From contig CAVSIP010000005.1 in NCBI GenBank assembly GCA_963728075.1, positions 202,151 to 266,150 of the forward strand: a stretch of 64,000 nucleotides of DNA, read 5' to 3'. Source of the DNA: an uncultured Actinomycetota bacterium. GTDB taxonomy: Bacteria; Actinomycetota; Actinomycetes; JAFAQI01; DASSKL01. The translations under genes were made by a program, and so were the position numbers. The notes beneath the pieces are model-generated. The model was not told where the DNA came from. It did not search any database and worked only from the letters and a program-made list of their open reading frames with translations. Shown one piece after another: positions 56,636 to 64,000 of the stretch (the first letter of the stretch is position 1; each line of letters opens with the position of its first letter).

Positions 56636-57388
56636 ATGACAACCGGTGCCGACGTGGGCCTCCTCGCCGCGTTCGCGGGCGGGGTGGTCTCGTTCGCCTC
56701 CCCCTGCGTGCTGCCGGTCGTTCCTGCCTACGTCTCCGTGCTCACCGGCGTGCGCGCCGGAGGGGACGCAGCGGGGGCCTCCGTACGGCGCGTGCTGGCC
56801 ACGGCGACCGGCTTCGTGGCCGGGTTCAGCGCGGTCTTCGTCGTGCTGGGCCTGAGCGCGACCGCGGCCGGGCAGCTGCTCGCGGGGCACCGGCTCCTGC
56901 TGACCCGCCTGTCCGGCCTCGTCGTACTCGCCATGGCACTGTTCCTGGCGGGGTCGCTGGTGCTGCGGGCGCCGTGGCTCTACCAGGAGCGTCGCTGGCA
57001 CCCGCGGCTCGAGCGGTTCGGTCCTCTCGCCGCACCCGTAGCCGGCATCGCCTTCGGCCTCGGCTGGACGCCCTGCATCGGCCCGGTGCTCACCAGCGTG
57101 CTGGCCGTCGCGACCACCAGCGAGCAGACCGGCCATGGAGCACTGCTCCTGCTGGCCTACTCCGCGGGCCTGGCCGTGCCGTTCCTCGTGGCGGCTCTCG
57201 CGCTCGACCGGATGGCGGGGACCTTCGGTCTCATCCGCCGTCACGGCACGCTCGTCACCGCCGCGTCGGCGGTGCTGCTCGGTGGGTTCGGCGTGTTGCT
57301 CGCCCTCAACCTGCTTCCCCTCGTCACCACCGCCGTCCAGCAGGCCCTCGAGGCCATCGGGCTCGGCGGACTGCTCCGCCTCGGCTAG
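56636..57388 (+). CDS. ccdA: CcdA/DsbD-family transmembrane thiol-disulfide electron transporter
   Basis: FAGGVVSFASPCVLPVVPAYVSV and FGLGWTPCIGPVL, the two conserved Cys-Pro motifs. Confidence 0.85.
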   Translation: MTTGADVGLLAAFAGGVVSFASPCVLPVVPAYVSVLTGVRAGGDAAGASVRRVLATATGFVAGFSAVFVVLGLSATAAGQLLAGHRLLLTRLSGLVVLAMALFLAGSLVLRAPWLYQERRWHPRLERFGPLAAPVAGIAFGLGWTPCIGPVLTSVLAVATTSEQTGHGALLLLAYSAGLAVPFLVAALALDRMAGTFGLIRRHGTLVTAASAVLLGGFGVLLALNLLPLVTTAVQQALEAIGLGGLLRLG

Positions 57389-57400
57389 GAAGGAACGCCC

Positions 57401-58387
57401 GTGGCCACCAGGAACCCGTCCCGGCCCCGCCCCAAGCCCGCCAACACCCGGCGAGCGCGGGCAGCCGCCCGCGAGCGCGCCCGCCGGCGGTGGACGCTGG
57501 CTGCGACGATCGCCGCCGCCCTGGCCGTCCTCGCGACGGTCGCCGGGCTCGCGTTCAGCTCCGGCTCCGGCGGGACGTCGTCGGCGGCGTACGCGGCGGA
57601 CAAGCAGGCCTTCGACCTCCCCGCGCTGTCCGGCAACGGGCACGTGCGCCTGGCCGACCATCGCGGACGGCCGGTCGTGGTGAACTTCTTCGCCTCGTGG
57701 TGCGTGTACTGCAACGAGGAGCTCCCCGGCTTCGTGCAGGTGGCCAAGGCCACCCACGGCCAGGTCGACTTCATCGGCGTCGACACGAGCGAGACCGGCG
57801 ACGGCGCGGCCATGGCCAAGCGGTTCGACCTGGCCGGCGCGGGCTTCGCCCTCGCCAAGGACATCGGCCCCTCCCCGGCGTCGGAGCTGTGGTCGAGCTT
57901 CGGCGCGCGCGGACTGCCGGTGACCGCGTTCTACGACGCCCAGGGCCGGGTCGTGGACTTCTCCCCCGGCATGCTCACCCAGGCAGAGCTGCAGCAGCGG
58001 CTGCAGCAGAGCTTCGGCGTGCAGGTGCAGGCGCCGGACGCCGCGACGCTGTCCGCGCCGGTCATCCCGCTCATCCCGCGCGGCGCGTACGAGCTGCTGC
58101 GCACGCACGTGGGCGACAGCACGTTCCACGTGCTCGACGTGCGCACCCCGGAGGAGTTCGCCGGTGGCCACGTGGAGGGCGCGAAGAACATCGACTTCTA
58201 CGCGAAGGACTTCGCCAACCGCCTGCGCAGCTTGGACAAGGACGCGTCGTACGTCGTCTACTGCCACACCGGCAACCGCAGCGGCCAGGCGACCACCCTC
58301 ATGCACCAGCTCGGCTTCAAGCACGTGTACGACGTGCAGGGCGGCATCGCCGCCTGGCAGCAGGCCGGCCTGCCGACCGTGCCCTGA
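57401..58387 (+). CDS. membrane-anchored TlpA/ResA-like thioredoxin fused to a rhodanese domain
   Basis: N-terminal TM anchor, VVVNFFASWCVYCNEELP (CxxC), then VLDVRTPEEFAGGHVEGA and YCHTGNRS. Confidence 0.85.
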   Translation: MATRNPSRPRPKPANTRRARAAARERARRRWTLAATIAAALAVLATVAGLAFSSGSGGTSSAAYAADKQAFDLPALSGNGHVRLADHRGRPVVVNFFASWCVYCNEELPGFVQVAKATHGQVDFIGVDTSETGDGAAMAKRFDLAGAGFALAKDIGPSPASELWSSFGARGLPVTAFYDAQGRVVDFSPGMLTQAELQQRLQQSFGVQVQAPDAATLSAPVIPLIPRGAYELLRTHVGDSTFHVLDVRTPEEFAGGHVEGAKNIDFYAKDFANRLRSLDKDASYVVYCHTGNRSGQATTLMHQLGFKHVYDVQGGIAAWQQAGLPTVP

Positions 58388-58462
58388 GGTCTCGGCCGGT
58401 TCCTCGGTACCCGTGGGGGCACGCCAACGGCGTCCGGCACCGTCCCGCGGAAAGGCGCGCCC

Positions 58463-59551
58463 ATGCCCGAGGCCCCGTCGCACACCACCTTCAGCCAGCT
58501 GGTCAAGCCCACCCCGCCGGCATGGTTCGCCGACCGCGGCACCGGGACGGACGTGGAGACCCGGCTGTCACGGCTGGAGGGGTTCCTCACCCCGGCCGCG
58601 CAGTTCTACGTGCGCAGCCACAGCCCCACGCCGCACATCGACGCCGCCACCTGGCGCCTGCGGGTCGAGGGCAGCGGCGTGCGGGCACCGGTCGACCTGT
58701 CCTACGACGACGTCCGCGGCATGCCGCAGGTCTCCGTCGTACGGGCCATCGAGTGCGCGGGGAACGGCCGCCGGTTCTTCCGGGAGGCCCACGGCAGCAT
58801 GGCGGCCGGCGTGCAGTGGCGCACCGGCGCCATGGGGGTGGCCGAGTGGACGGGGGTCCGGCTGCGCGACGTCCTCGGCCGCGCTGAACTGACCGAGGGC
58901 GCGCGCGACGTCATGCCGGAAGGGCTGGACGACCACCGCGTCCGCCGGCCGATGAACCTCGAGAAGGCCTGCCGCGACGACACCCTGCTCGTGCTCGCGA
59001 TGAACGGCGAGCCGCTGCCACCGGACCACGGGTACCCGGCACGGGTGCTGGTTCCGGGCTGGCTGGGCACGGCCAGCATCAAGTGGGTGGGCCGGATCGA
59101 GGTCTCCGAGGAGCCGCTGTACTCCCCGTACAACACCGAAGAGTACGTCCTCATCGGCCCCGACTACCCCGCAGAGGGGGCGGCCGAGGGGCAGATCATC
59201 ACGGAGATGCCGGTGATGAGCGTCATCGACCTGGACTGGCCGGCGACGGTCCCCGCCGGGCCGCGCGTCGTGCGGGGCCGGTCGTTCGCGGGAGAGGGAC
59301 GGGTCCGCGAGGTGGCCTACAGCGTGGACGGCGCGCCCTGGCAGCAGGCCGAGCTGCTGCCGCCCAACATCGCGGCCGCCTGGGTGCGCTGGCAGTTCGC
59401 GTGGGACGCGGCACCCGGCTACCACGAGATCCGCGTGCGGGCCACCGACGAGCGGGGCCGGACCCAGCCGGACACCGTGCCCTGGAACGACAAGGGCTGC
59501 CTGTACAACGCGGTCGTCGCCCACCCGGTCACCGCCGTCGAGGCGCGTTGA
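58463..59551 (+). CDS. sulfite-oxidase-family molybdopterin oxidoreductase
   Basis: FYVRSHSPTP, Mo-ligand Cys motif IECAGNGRRFF and a C-terminal Ig-like dimerisation domain. Confidence 0.85.
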   Translation: MPEAPSHTTFSQLVKPTPPAWFADRGTGTDVETRLSRLEGFLTPAAQFYVRSHSPTPHIDAATWRLRVEGSGVRAPVDLSYDDVRGMPQVSVVRAIECAGNGRRFFREAHGSMAAGVQWRTGAMGVAEWTGVRLRDVLGRAELTEGARDVMPEGLDDHRVRRPMNLEKACRDDTLLVLAMNGEPLPPDHGYPARVLVPGWLGTASIKWVGRIEVSEEPLYSPYNTEEYVLIGPDYPAEGAAEGQIITEMPVMSVIDLDWPATVPAGPRVVRGRSFAGEGRVREVAYSVDGAPWQQAELLPPNIAAAWVRWQFAWDAAPGYHEIRVRATDERGRTQPDTVPWNDKGCLYNAVVAHPVTAVEAR

Positions 59552-59892
59552 GTGGTCGGGACGACGCCCAGGCGCGCACGCGGGCGCGGGACCACCTCGC
59601 GAACGAGCGCACCTACCTGGCGTGGCTGCGGACCGGCGCGAACGTCATGGTGCTGGGGCTGGCCCTGGCGAAGTTCACGTCCGACACCGGCAGCCGCGCC
59701 CTGGCAGCGGGCGTCCTCCTCGTCGCGGTCGGCGGGACGGGGCTGGTGTACGGCACCGTCCGCTACCGTCAGGTGAACGGCGAGATCGAGCGTGGTGAGT
59801 ACGCGACCGGGACCCGCGGCGTCGCGCCCACGGTCGCCAGCGCCGTCCTCATCGCCGCCGTGGTCGCCGCGCTCGTGCTGCTGTTCCTGTGA
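59548..59892 (+). CDS. DUF202 (YidH-like) membrane protein
   Basis: RDHLANERTYLAWLRTGANVMVLGLAL. The TTG start overlaps the previous stop (TTGA). Confidence 0.72.
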   Translation: MSGRDDAQARTRARDHLANERTYLAWLRTGANVMVLGLALAKFTSDTGSRALAAGVLLVAVGGTGLVYGTVRYRQVNGEIERGEYATGTRGVAPTVASAVLIAAVVAALVLLFL

Positions 59893-60025
59893 TGCGGACA
59901 GCCGCGCCGGAGCGCGGGCTCACCGCCGGACTGCCCGTGGTGGCCGACGGCACACGGCCCGGCCGGGTGGCCTGAGCCGCGCGGGGACGTGCGCGGCCGG
60001 GTCCGCTCGGCTACGGTCAGCGACC

Positions 60026-60721
60026 GTGAACCCCCTGCAGGGCGTCCTCGCCGAGGCGTGGCGGACCTACCGCACCCACGCTGCGCACCTGCTGACGATC
60101 GCCTTCGTCGTCTACCTCGGGCTGGCGGCGGTGGACGCGGTGCTCACCCAGCTCGGTCCGGGCGGCGCGGTCCTGTCACTGCTCATCGCCGTCCTGGGCG
60201 TCTACCTGCTGCAGGCGGCGCTGGTGAAGGCGGTCGAGGACGTCCGGGACGGCCGGGTCGACCTCTCCCTCGGTGACACGCTGCGGGCCGCCCGGCCGCG
60301 CCTGCTCGCGGTGACCGGGGCGTCGATCCTCGCCGGCATCGTCATCGTCGTGGGACTCATCCTGCTCATCGTCCCGGGTCTGGTCGCCGCCACGTACCTC
60401 GCAGTGATCGTGCCGGTCGTCGTCCTGGAGGGCGCCGGCGTACTGGAGGCGTTCCGGCGCAGCGCGGACCTCGTTCGCGGCCACGGCATGCAGGTGTTCG
60501 GCGTCCTCGTGCTGACGTTCCTGGTCTACCTCGGCGGTGGGCTCGTGGTCGGGCTGTTCCTGCTCGTGCTGCCCGAGTGGGCACGCACCTTCCTCGGCAA
60601 CATCATCAGCGGCACCGTCCTCGCGCCGTTCGCCGCGGTCACGTACACGCTCATGTACTACCGGCTCGCCGGCGCCACCGGCCCCCGCGAGCCCGAGGAC
60701 ATCTGGGCGCAGCCGACCTGA
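60026..60721 (+). CDS. hypothetical polytopic membrane protein
   Basis: GTG 60026. Several TM helices and good GC3 bias. No specific family recognised. Confidence 0.62.
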   Translation: MNPLQGVLAEAWRTYRTHAAHLLTIAFVVYLGLAAVDAVLTQLGPGGAVLSLLIAVLGVYLLQAALVKAVEDVRDGRVDLSLGDTLRAARPRLLAVTGASILAGIVIVVGLILLIVPGLVAATYLAVIVPVVVLEGAGVLEAFRRSADLVRGHGMQVFGVLVLTFLVYLGGGLVVGLFLLVLPEWARTFLGNIISGTVLAPFAAVTYTLMYYRLAGATGPREPEDIWAQPT

Positions 60722-60731
60722 CCGGAGCCGG

Positions 60732-61511
60732 TCACGTGTTCTGGACGGTCAGCCCGCCGTCGACGGGAAGCACGACCCCGGTGACGTACGCCATCGCCGG
60801 CAGCACCAGCGACAGCGTGGCGTGCGCGACCTCCTCGGGGTCGCCGTAGCGCCGCAGCGGCACCCGGCGACGCGCGAACTTGGTCTTCGCCTCCTCCGGG
60901 ATCCCGGCGGTCATCCCGGTACGGATCGGCCCCGGTGCGATGCAGTTGACGGTCACGCCCTGCCCGCCCAGCTCGACTGCCAGCGCCCGGGTGAGCCCGA
61001 CGACGCCGTGCTTCGAGGCGGTGTACGGGCTGATGTACGCGGTCGCGCCCAGCCCCTCGGTGGAGGCCACGTTGACGATCCGCCCGTCACCGGCGGCGAG
61101 CAGGTGCGGCAGCGCGGCCCGGACGAACCGCGCGTACGCGGTGAGGTTGACGGCCAGCGTCCGTTCCCACGCGGCCTCGTAGCCGTCGCCGTTGATCGGT
61201 GCGGGCAGGGACACCCCGGCGTTGTTGACGAGGATGTCGAGCCGGCCGAACCGTTCCGCAGCCTCGGCCACGACCCGCTCGACCGTGCCCGCCTCCGCCA
61301 CGTCTACTGCCCAGGTCGCGGCCTCTCCCCCGGCGCCGGTGATCTCCGCCGCGACGTCGGCGAGGCCGGCCGGCTCGCGGTCGACGAGCGCGAGCCGGAC
61401 CCCCTCGTCGGCGAACAGCCGGGCGGTCGCGCGACCCATGCCGCTGGCCGCGCCCGTGAGCAGCGCGACCTTTCCCGCGACGGACCGGGACAGCGAGCTC
61501 AGCCGTGCCAC
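60732..61511 (-). CDS. short-chain dehydrogenase/reductase
   Basis: LLTGAASGMGRA (TGxxxGxG), NNAG and YTASKHGVVGLT (YxxxK). Confidence 0.9.
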   Translation of the reverse strand: MARLSSLSRSVAGKVALLTGAASGMGRATARLFADEGVRLALVDREPAGLADVAAEITGAGGEAATWAVDVAEAGTVERVVAEAAERFGRLDILVNNAGVSLPAPINGDGYEAAWERTLAVNLTAYARFVRAALPHLLAAGDGRIVNVASTEGLGATAYISPYTASKHGVVGLTRALAVELGGQGVTVNCIAPGPIRTGMTAGIPEEAKTKFARRRVPLRRYGDPEEVAHATLSLVLPAMAYVTGVVLPVDGGLTVQNT

Positions 61512-61512
61512 G

Positions 61513-62541
61513 TCAGGCCAGCCACTCCTTGACCTTCGCCAGCGCGCCCACCGGGTCCGGCCCGACCGGGGTGAGGTTGAGCATGGTCACCCCGGCCTCG
61601 CGGTAGGCCTGCAGCCGCTCGCGCACCCAGCCCTCCGGCCCGACCAGGTTGGTCAGCTCGAGGAACTCCTTGGGCACGGCCTTCGCGGCCTCGTCCTTCT
61701 TGCCGTCGAGGTACAGGTCCTGGATCTCGGCGGCCTCCTGCTCGAAGCCGTACCGCCGCGCCAGGTCGTTGTAGAAGTTGCGCCCGCGCGCACCCATCCC
61801 GCCGACGTACAGCGCGACCATCGGCCGGGCGAAGTCGCGGATGCCCTCGACGTCGTCGCCGATGGCGAGCATGCCGCCGGCCACCACCTCCAGCGGCGCC
61901 AGGTCGGCCGCGCGGTTGGCCTTGCCCTTCGCGATCGGTTCGCCCCAGACGTCGGAGGCCCGCTCGGGGATGAACAGGATCGGCAGCCAGCCGTCGGCGA
62001 CCTGCGCGGTCATCTCGACGTTCTTCGGGCCGAGCGAGGCGACATAGATCGGGATCCGGTCCCGGACCGGGTGGGTGATCATCTTCAACGGCTTGCCCAG
62101 CCCGGTCCCCTGCCCCTCCGGCAGCGGGATGCGGTAGACGCCGTCGTGCTCGAGCCGCTCGCGCCGCCACACCTGGCGGCAGATCTCGATGATCTCCCGC
62201 GTCCGGGCCAGCGGCTTGTCGTACGGGACGCCGTGCCAGCCCTCGATGACCTGCGGCCCCGACGCGCCGAGACCGAGGATCACGCGGCCGTCGCTGACGT
62301 AGTCCAGCCCCGCGGCGGTCTGCGCGATCAGGGCCGGCGTGCGGGAGTAGATCGGCAGGATGCCGGCCGCGATCTGCACCTTCTCGGTGCGGGCGGCGAG
62401 GTAGCCCATGTGCGAGGGGGCGTCGAAGCCGTACGCCTCGGCCACCCAGACCGCGTCCAGCCCGGCCTGCTCCAGCGCGACGACCTGGTCCACCGCTTCT
62501 TTGAACCCGCCGGCGTACGACAGCGGCATGCTGACCTTCAT
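61513..62541 (-). CDS. LLM-class F420-dependent oxidoreductase
   Basis: ATG 62541 follows GAGGAGGG. The luciferase-like fold pattern is AVWVAEAYGFDA...LGLGASGPQVIEGWHG. Confidence 0.87.
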   Translation of the reverse strand: MKVSMPLSYAGGFKEAVDQVVALEQAGLDAVWVAEAYGFDAPSHMGYLAARTEKVQIAAGILPIYSRTPALIAQTAAGLDYVSDGRVILGLGASGPQVIEGWHGVPYDKPLARTREIIEICRQVWRRERLEHDGVYRIPLPEGQGTGLGKPLKMITHPVRDRIPIYVASLGPKNVEMTAQVADGWLPILFIPERASDVWGEPIAKGKANRAADLAPLEVVAGGMLAIGDDVEGIRDFARPMVALYVGGMGARGRNFYNDLARRYGFEQEAAEIQDLYLDGKKDEAAKAVPKEFLELTNLVGPEGWVRERLQAYREAGVTMLNLTPVGPDPVGALAKVKEWLA

Positions 62542-62681
62542 CTGCCCTCCTCGGGCGCACCCGACCGGCCGGGGCGCCTGCGCGTGGGGCATTGATACCT
62601 CAGCCGCGCACCTCGCGGCGCAGCGGGTACGGCGGCTTGGGGGAACTGGCGTGCCCACGCGCCACCCGGTAGGAAGGCGCG

Positions 62682-63905
62682 GTGAGCGACTCCGTACGGG
62701 ACTTTCCCGAAGCCTTCCTCTGGGGCAGCAGCACCGCAGCGCACCAGGTCGAGGGCGGCAACGTCAACAACGACTTCTGGGACTGGGAGCACGCTCCCGA
62801 CACCAGCTGCGCCGAGCCGTCGGGCGACGCGATCGACCAGTACCACCGGTACGACGCCGACTTCGCGCTGCTCGCCTCGCTGGGCCAGAACGCCCACCGG
62901 CTGTCGGTCGAGTGGTCCCGCATCGAACCGGCCGAGGGCGAGTTCTCCACCGCGGCGCTGGACCACTACGCGCGCGTCCTGGACAGCGTCGCCGCGCACG
63001 GGCTCACCGCGTTCGTCACGCTCTACCACTTCACGCTGCCGCGCTGGTTCGCCCGGCGTGGTGGGTGGCTCGCCGACGACGCGCTGGACCTCTTCGGCCG
63101 CTTCGTCCGGACAGTGGGGACGCGGCTGGGCGAGCGGATGCCGTACGCCTGCACGGTCAACGAGCCGCAGGTGGTCGCGAGCCTGCACTACCTGCTCGGT
63201 GAGCGCCCGCCCCATCACAAGGACATGGACGAGGCCATGCAGGTCAACCGCCGGCTCATGGAGGCGCACCGTACGGCCGTCGCTGCGCTGCGCGAGACCT
63301 CGCCGGCGACCAGGGTGGGCACCTGCCTGCAGACCCCCTACGTGGAGCCGGTCGAGGAGACCGACGCGGCCCGCGAGCTGGCGGCACTCGTCCGGCACGA
63401 GCTCTGCGACGCCCACATCGACGACCTGCTGGCGGCCGACGACCCGGGCGACTACGTCGGCCTGCAGTACTACACCCGGATGCGGGTGGACCCGGCGTAC
63501 GGGCTGAACGAGCCGCCACCGCCGGACGGCGTGGAGCTGACCCTCATGGGCTGGGAGGTCTACCCGGACGGCCTGCGCCAGCAGCTGCACGCCGTCGCAC
63601 GCAGCGGCCTGCCGGTCGTGATCACCGAGAACGGGATCGCAACCGGCGACGACCGCCAGCGCCTGCGCTACCTGCAGACCCACCTCGGCGCGGTCAAGCA
63701 GGCGATGGACGAGGGTGTGGACGTCCGCGGCTACCTGTACTGGTCGTCGTTCGACAACTTCGAGTGGGACTACGGCTACCGGCCGACGTTCGGCCTGGTC
63801 GGGATCGACCGGACCGATGGGCTCAGGCGGGTCGTGCGGCCCAGCGCGGTCGCGTACGGGAACCTCGCGCGCAGCGGGCGACTCGCCGAGCTGTCCCGCG
63901 ATTAG
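62682..63905 (+). CDS. GH1 beta-glucosidase
   Basis: FLWGSSTAAHQVEGG, the acid/base region VNEP and the nucleophile motif VVITENGIA. Confidence 0.9.
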   Translation: MSDSVRDFPEAFLWGSSTAAHQVEGGNVNNDFWDWEHAPDTSCAEPSGDAIDQYHRYDADFALLASLGQNAHRLSVEWSRIEPAEGEFSTAALDHYARVLDSVAAHGLTAFVTLYHFTLPRWFARRGGWLADDALDLFGRFVRTVGTRLGERMPYACTVNEPQVVASLHYLLGERPPHHKDMDEAMQVNRRLMEAHRTAVAALRETSPATRVGTCLQTPYVEPVEETDAARELAALVRHELCDAHIDDLLAADDPGDYVGLQYYTRMRVDPAYGLNEPPPPDGVELTLMGWEVYPDGLRQQLHAVARSGLPVVITENGIATGDDRQRLRYLQTHLGAVKQAMDEGVDVRGYLYWSSFDNFEWDYGYRPTFGLVGIDRTDGLRRVVRPSAVAYGNLARSGRLAELSRD

Positions 63906-63967
63906 TCCGGAATCTGCCCCGACGTCACATAGTCTTCTCGACGTACCCGGAACGAAGGAGTCACTTC

Positions 63968-64000
63968 GTGCGGCTGAGCCGGCTGCTGCTGTGTACGGCG
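63968..64000 (+). CDS. start of an unidentified (possibly secreted) protein, truncated by the window end
   Basis: GAAGGAG, then 8 nt, then GTG; reads VRLSRLLLCTA. Too short to classify. Confidence 0.25.
   Translation, partial: MRLSRLLLCTA

Noticed and set aside
62580-62662. Imperfect inverted repeat GCGCGTGGGGCA ... TGCCCACGCGC in the bgl leader
   Set aside because: It has one unpaired base, a 60-nt spacer, GC-rich background and no second line of evidence.

Overview
Very GC-rich, GC3-biased chromosome segment with actinobacterial gene content and synteny. No rRNA, CRISPR array or intact transposase was seen. (1) 1-11.7 kb is the conserved minus-strand housekeeping block prmC-prfA-rpmE-rho-thrB-thrC-hom-lysA-argS, then a lipoprotein, a stand-alone receiver domain and tRNA-Arg(CCG). 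(2) 11.7-20.4 kb is an accessory island starting at the tRNA. It holds a complete four-gene Wadjet (JetABCD) anti-plasmid system, a HicA-like toxin with a Phd/HicB-like antitoxin, a decayed tyrosine integrase and a frameshifted ClC-channel fragment. (3) 20.5-34.3 kb holds small redox and stress genes (hemerythrin/DUF2249, AhpD-like, DUF488, cupins, GNAT). It also holds a dense LuxR-family cluster: one GAF-like, two large ATPase/TPR LAL-type and one hydrolase fusion, around a membrane methyltransferase. (4) 34.3-50.9 kb is a stress or dormancy-like region. It contains two histidine-less HisKA_3 dimerisation-domain proteins, tandem GAF-ANTAR regulators, an RsbW-like kinase and several very small ORFs. 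It also contains a ~41-nt non-coding element present twice, arylsulfatase plus TetR with a perfect 19-bp inverted-repeat operator, and a long minus-strand operon (two small paralogs, PRTase, degenerate HAD, GH65, USP, glycogen-debranching-like) preceded by a DosR-box-like palindrome. (5) 50.9-59.9 kb holds an FAD oxidoreductase and a UPF0016/GDT1 transporter behind a yybP-ykoY Mn2+ riboswitch. It also holds a CstR/CsoR-controlled sulfur-detoxification supercluster (rhodaneses, MBL persulfide dioxygenase fusion, TauE, CcdA, TlpA-rhodanese fusion, sulfite oxidase-like). (6) 60-64 kb is housekeeping-type (membrane protein, SDR, F420/LLM oxidoreductase, GH1 beta-glucosidase). The most novel-looking signals are the duplicated leader element with embedded start codons and stop-start coupled mini-ORFs, and the orphan histidine-less DHp proteins. 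Wadjet is a described system. Many long ORFs in the supplied track are antisense or out-of-frame GC artefacts and were not called. Most start codons are inferred from RBS and overlap logic and could be off by a few codons.
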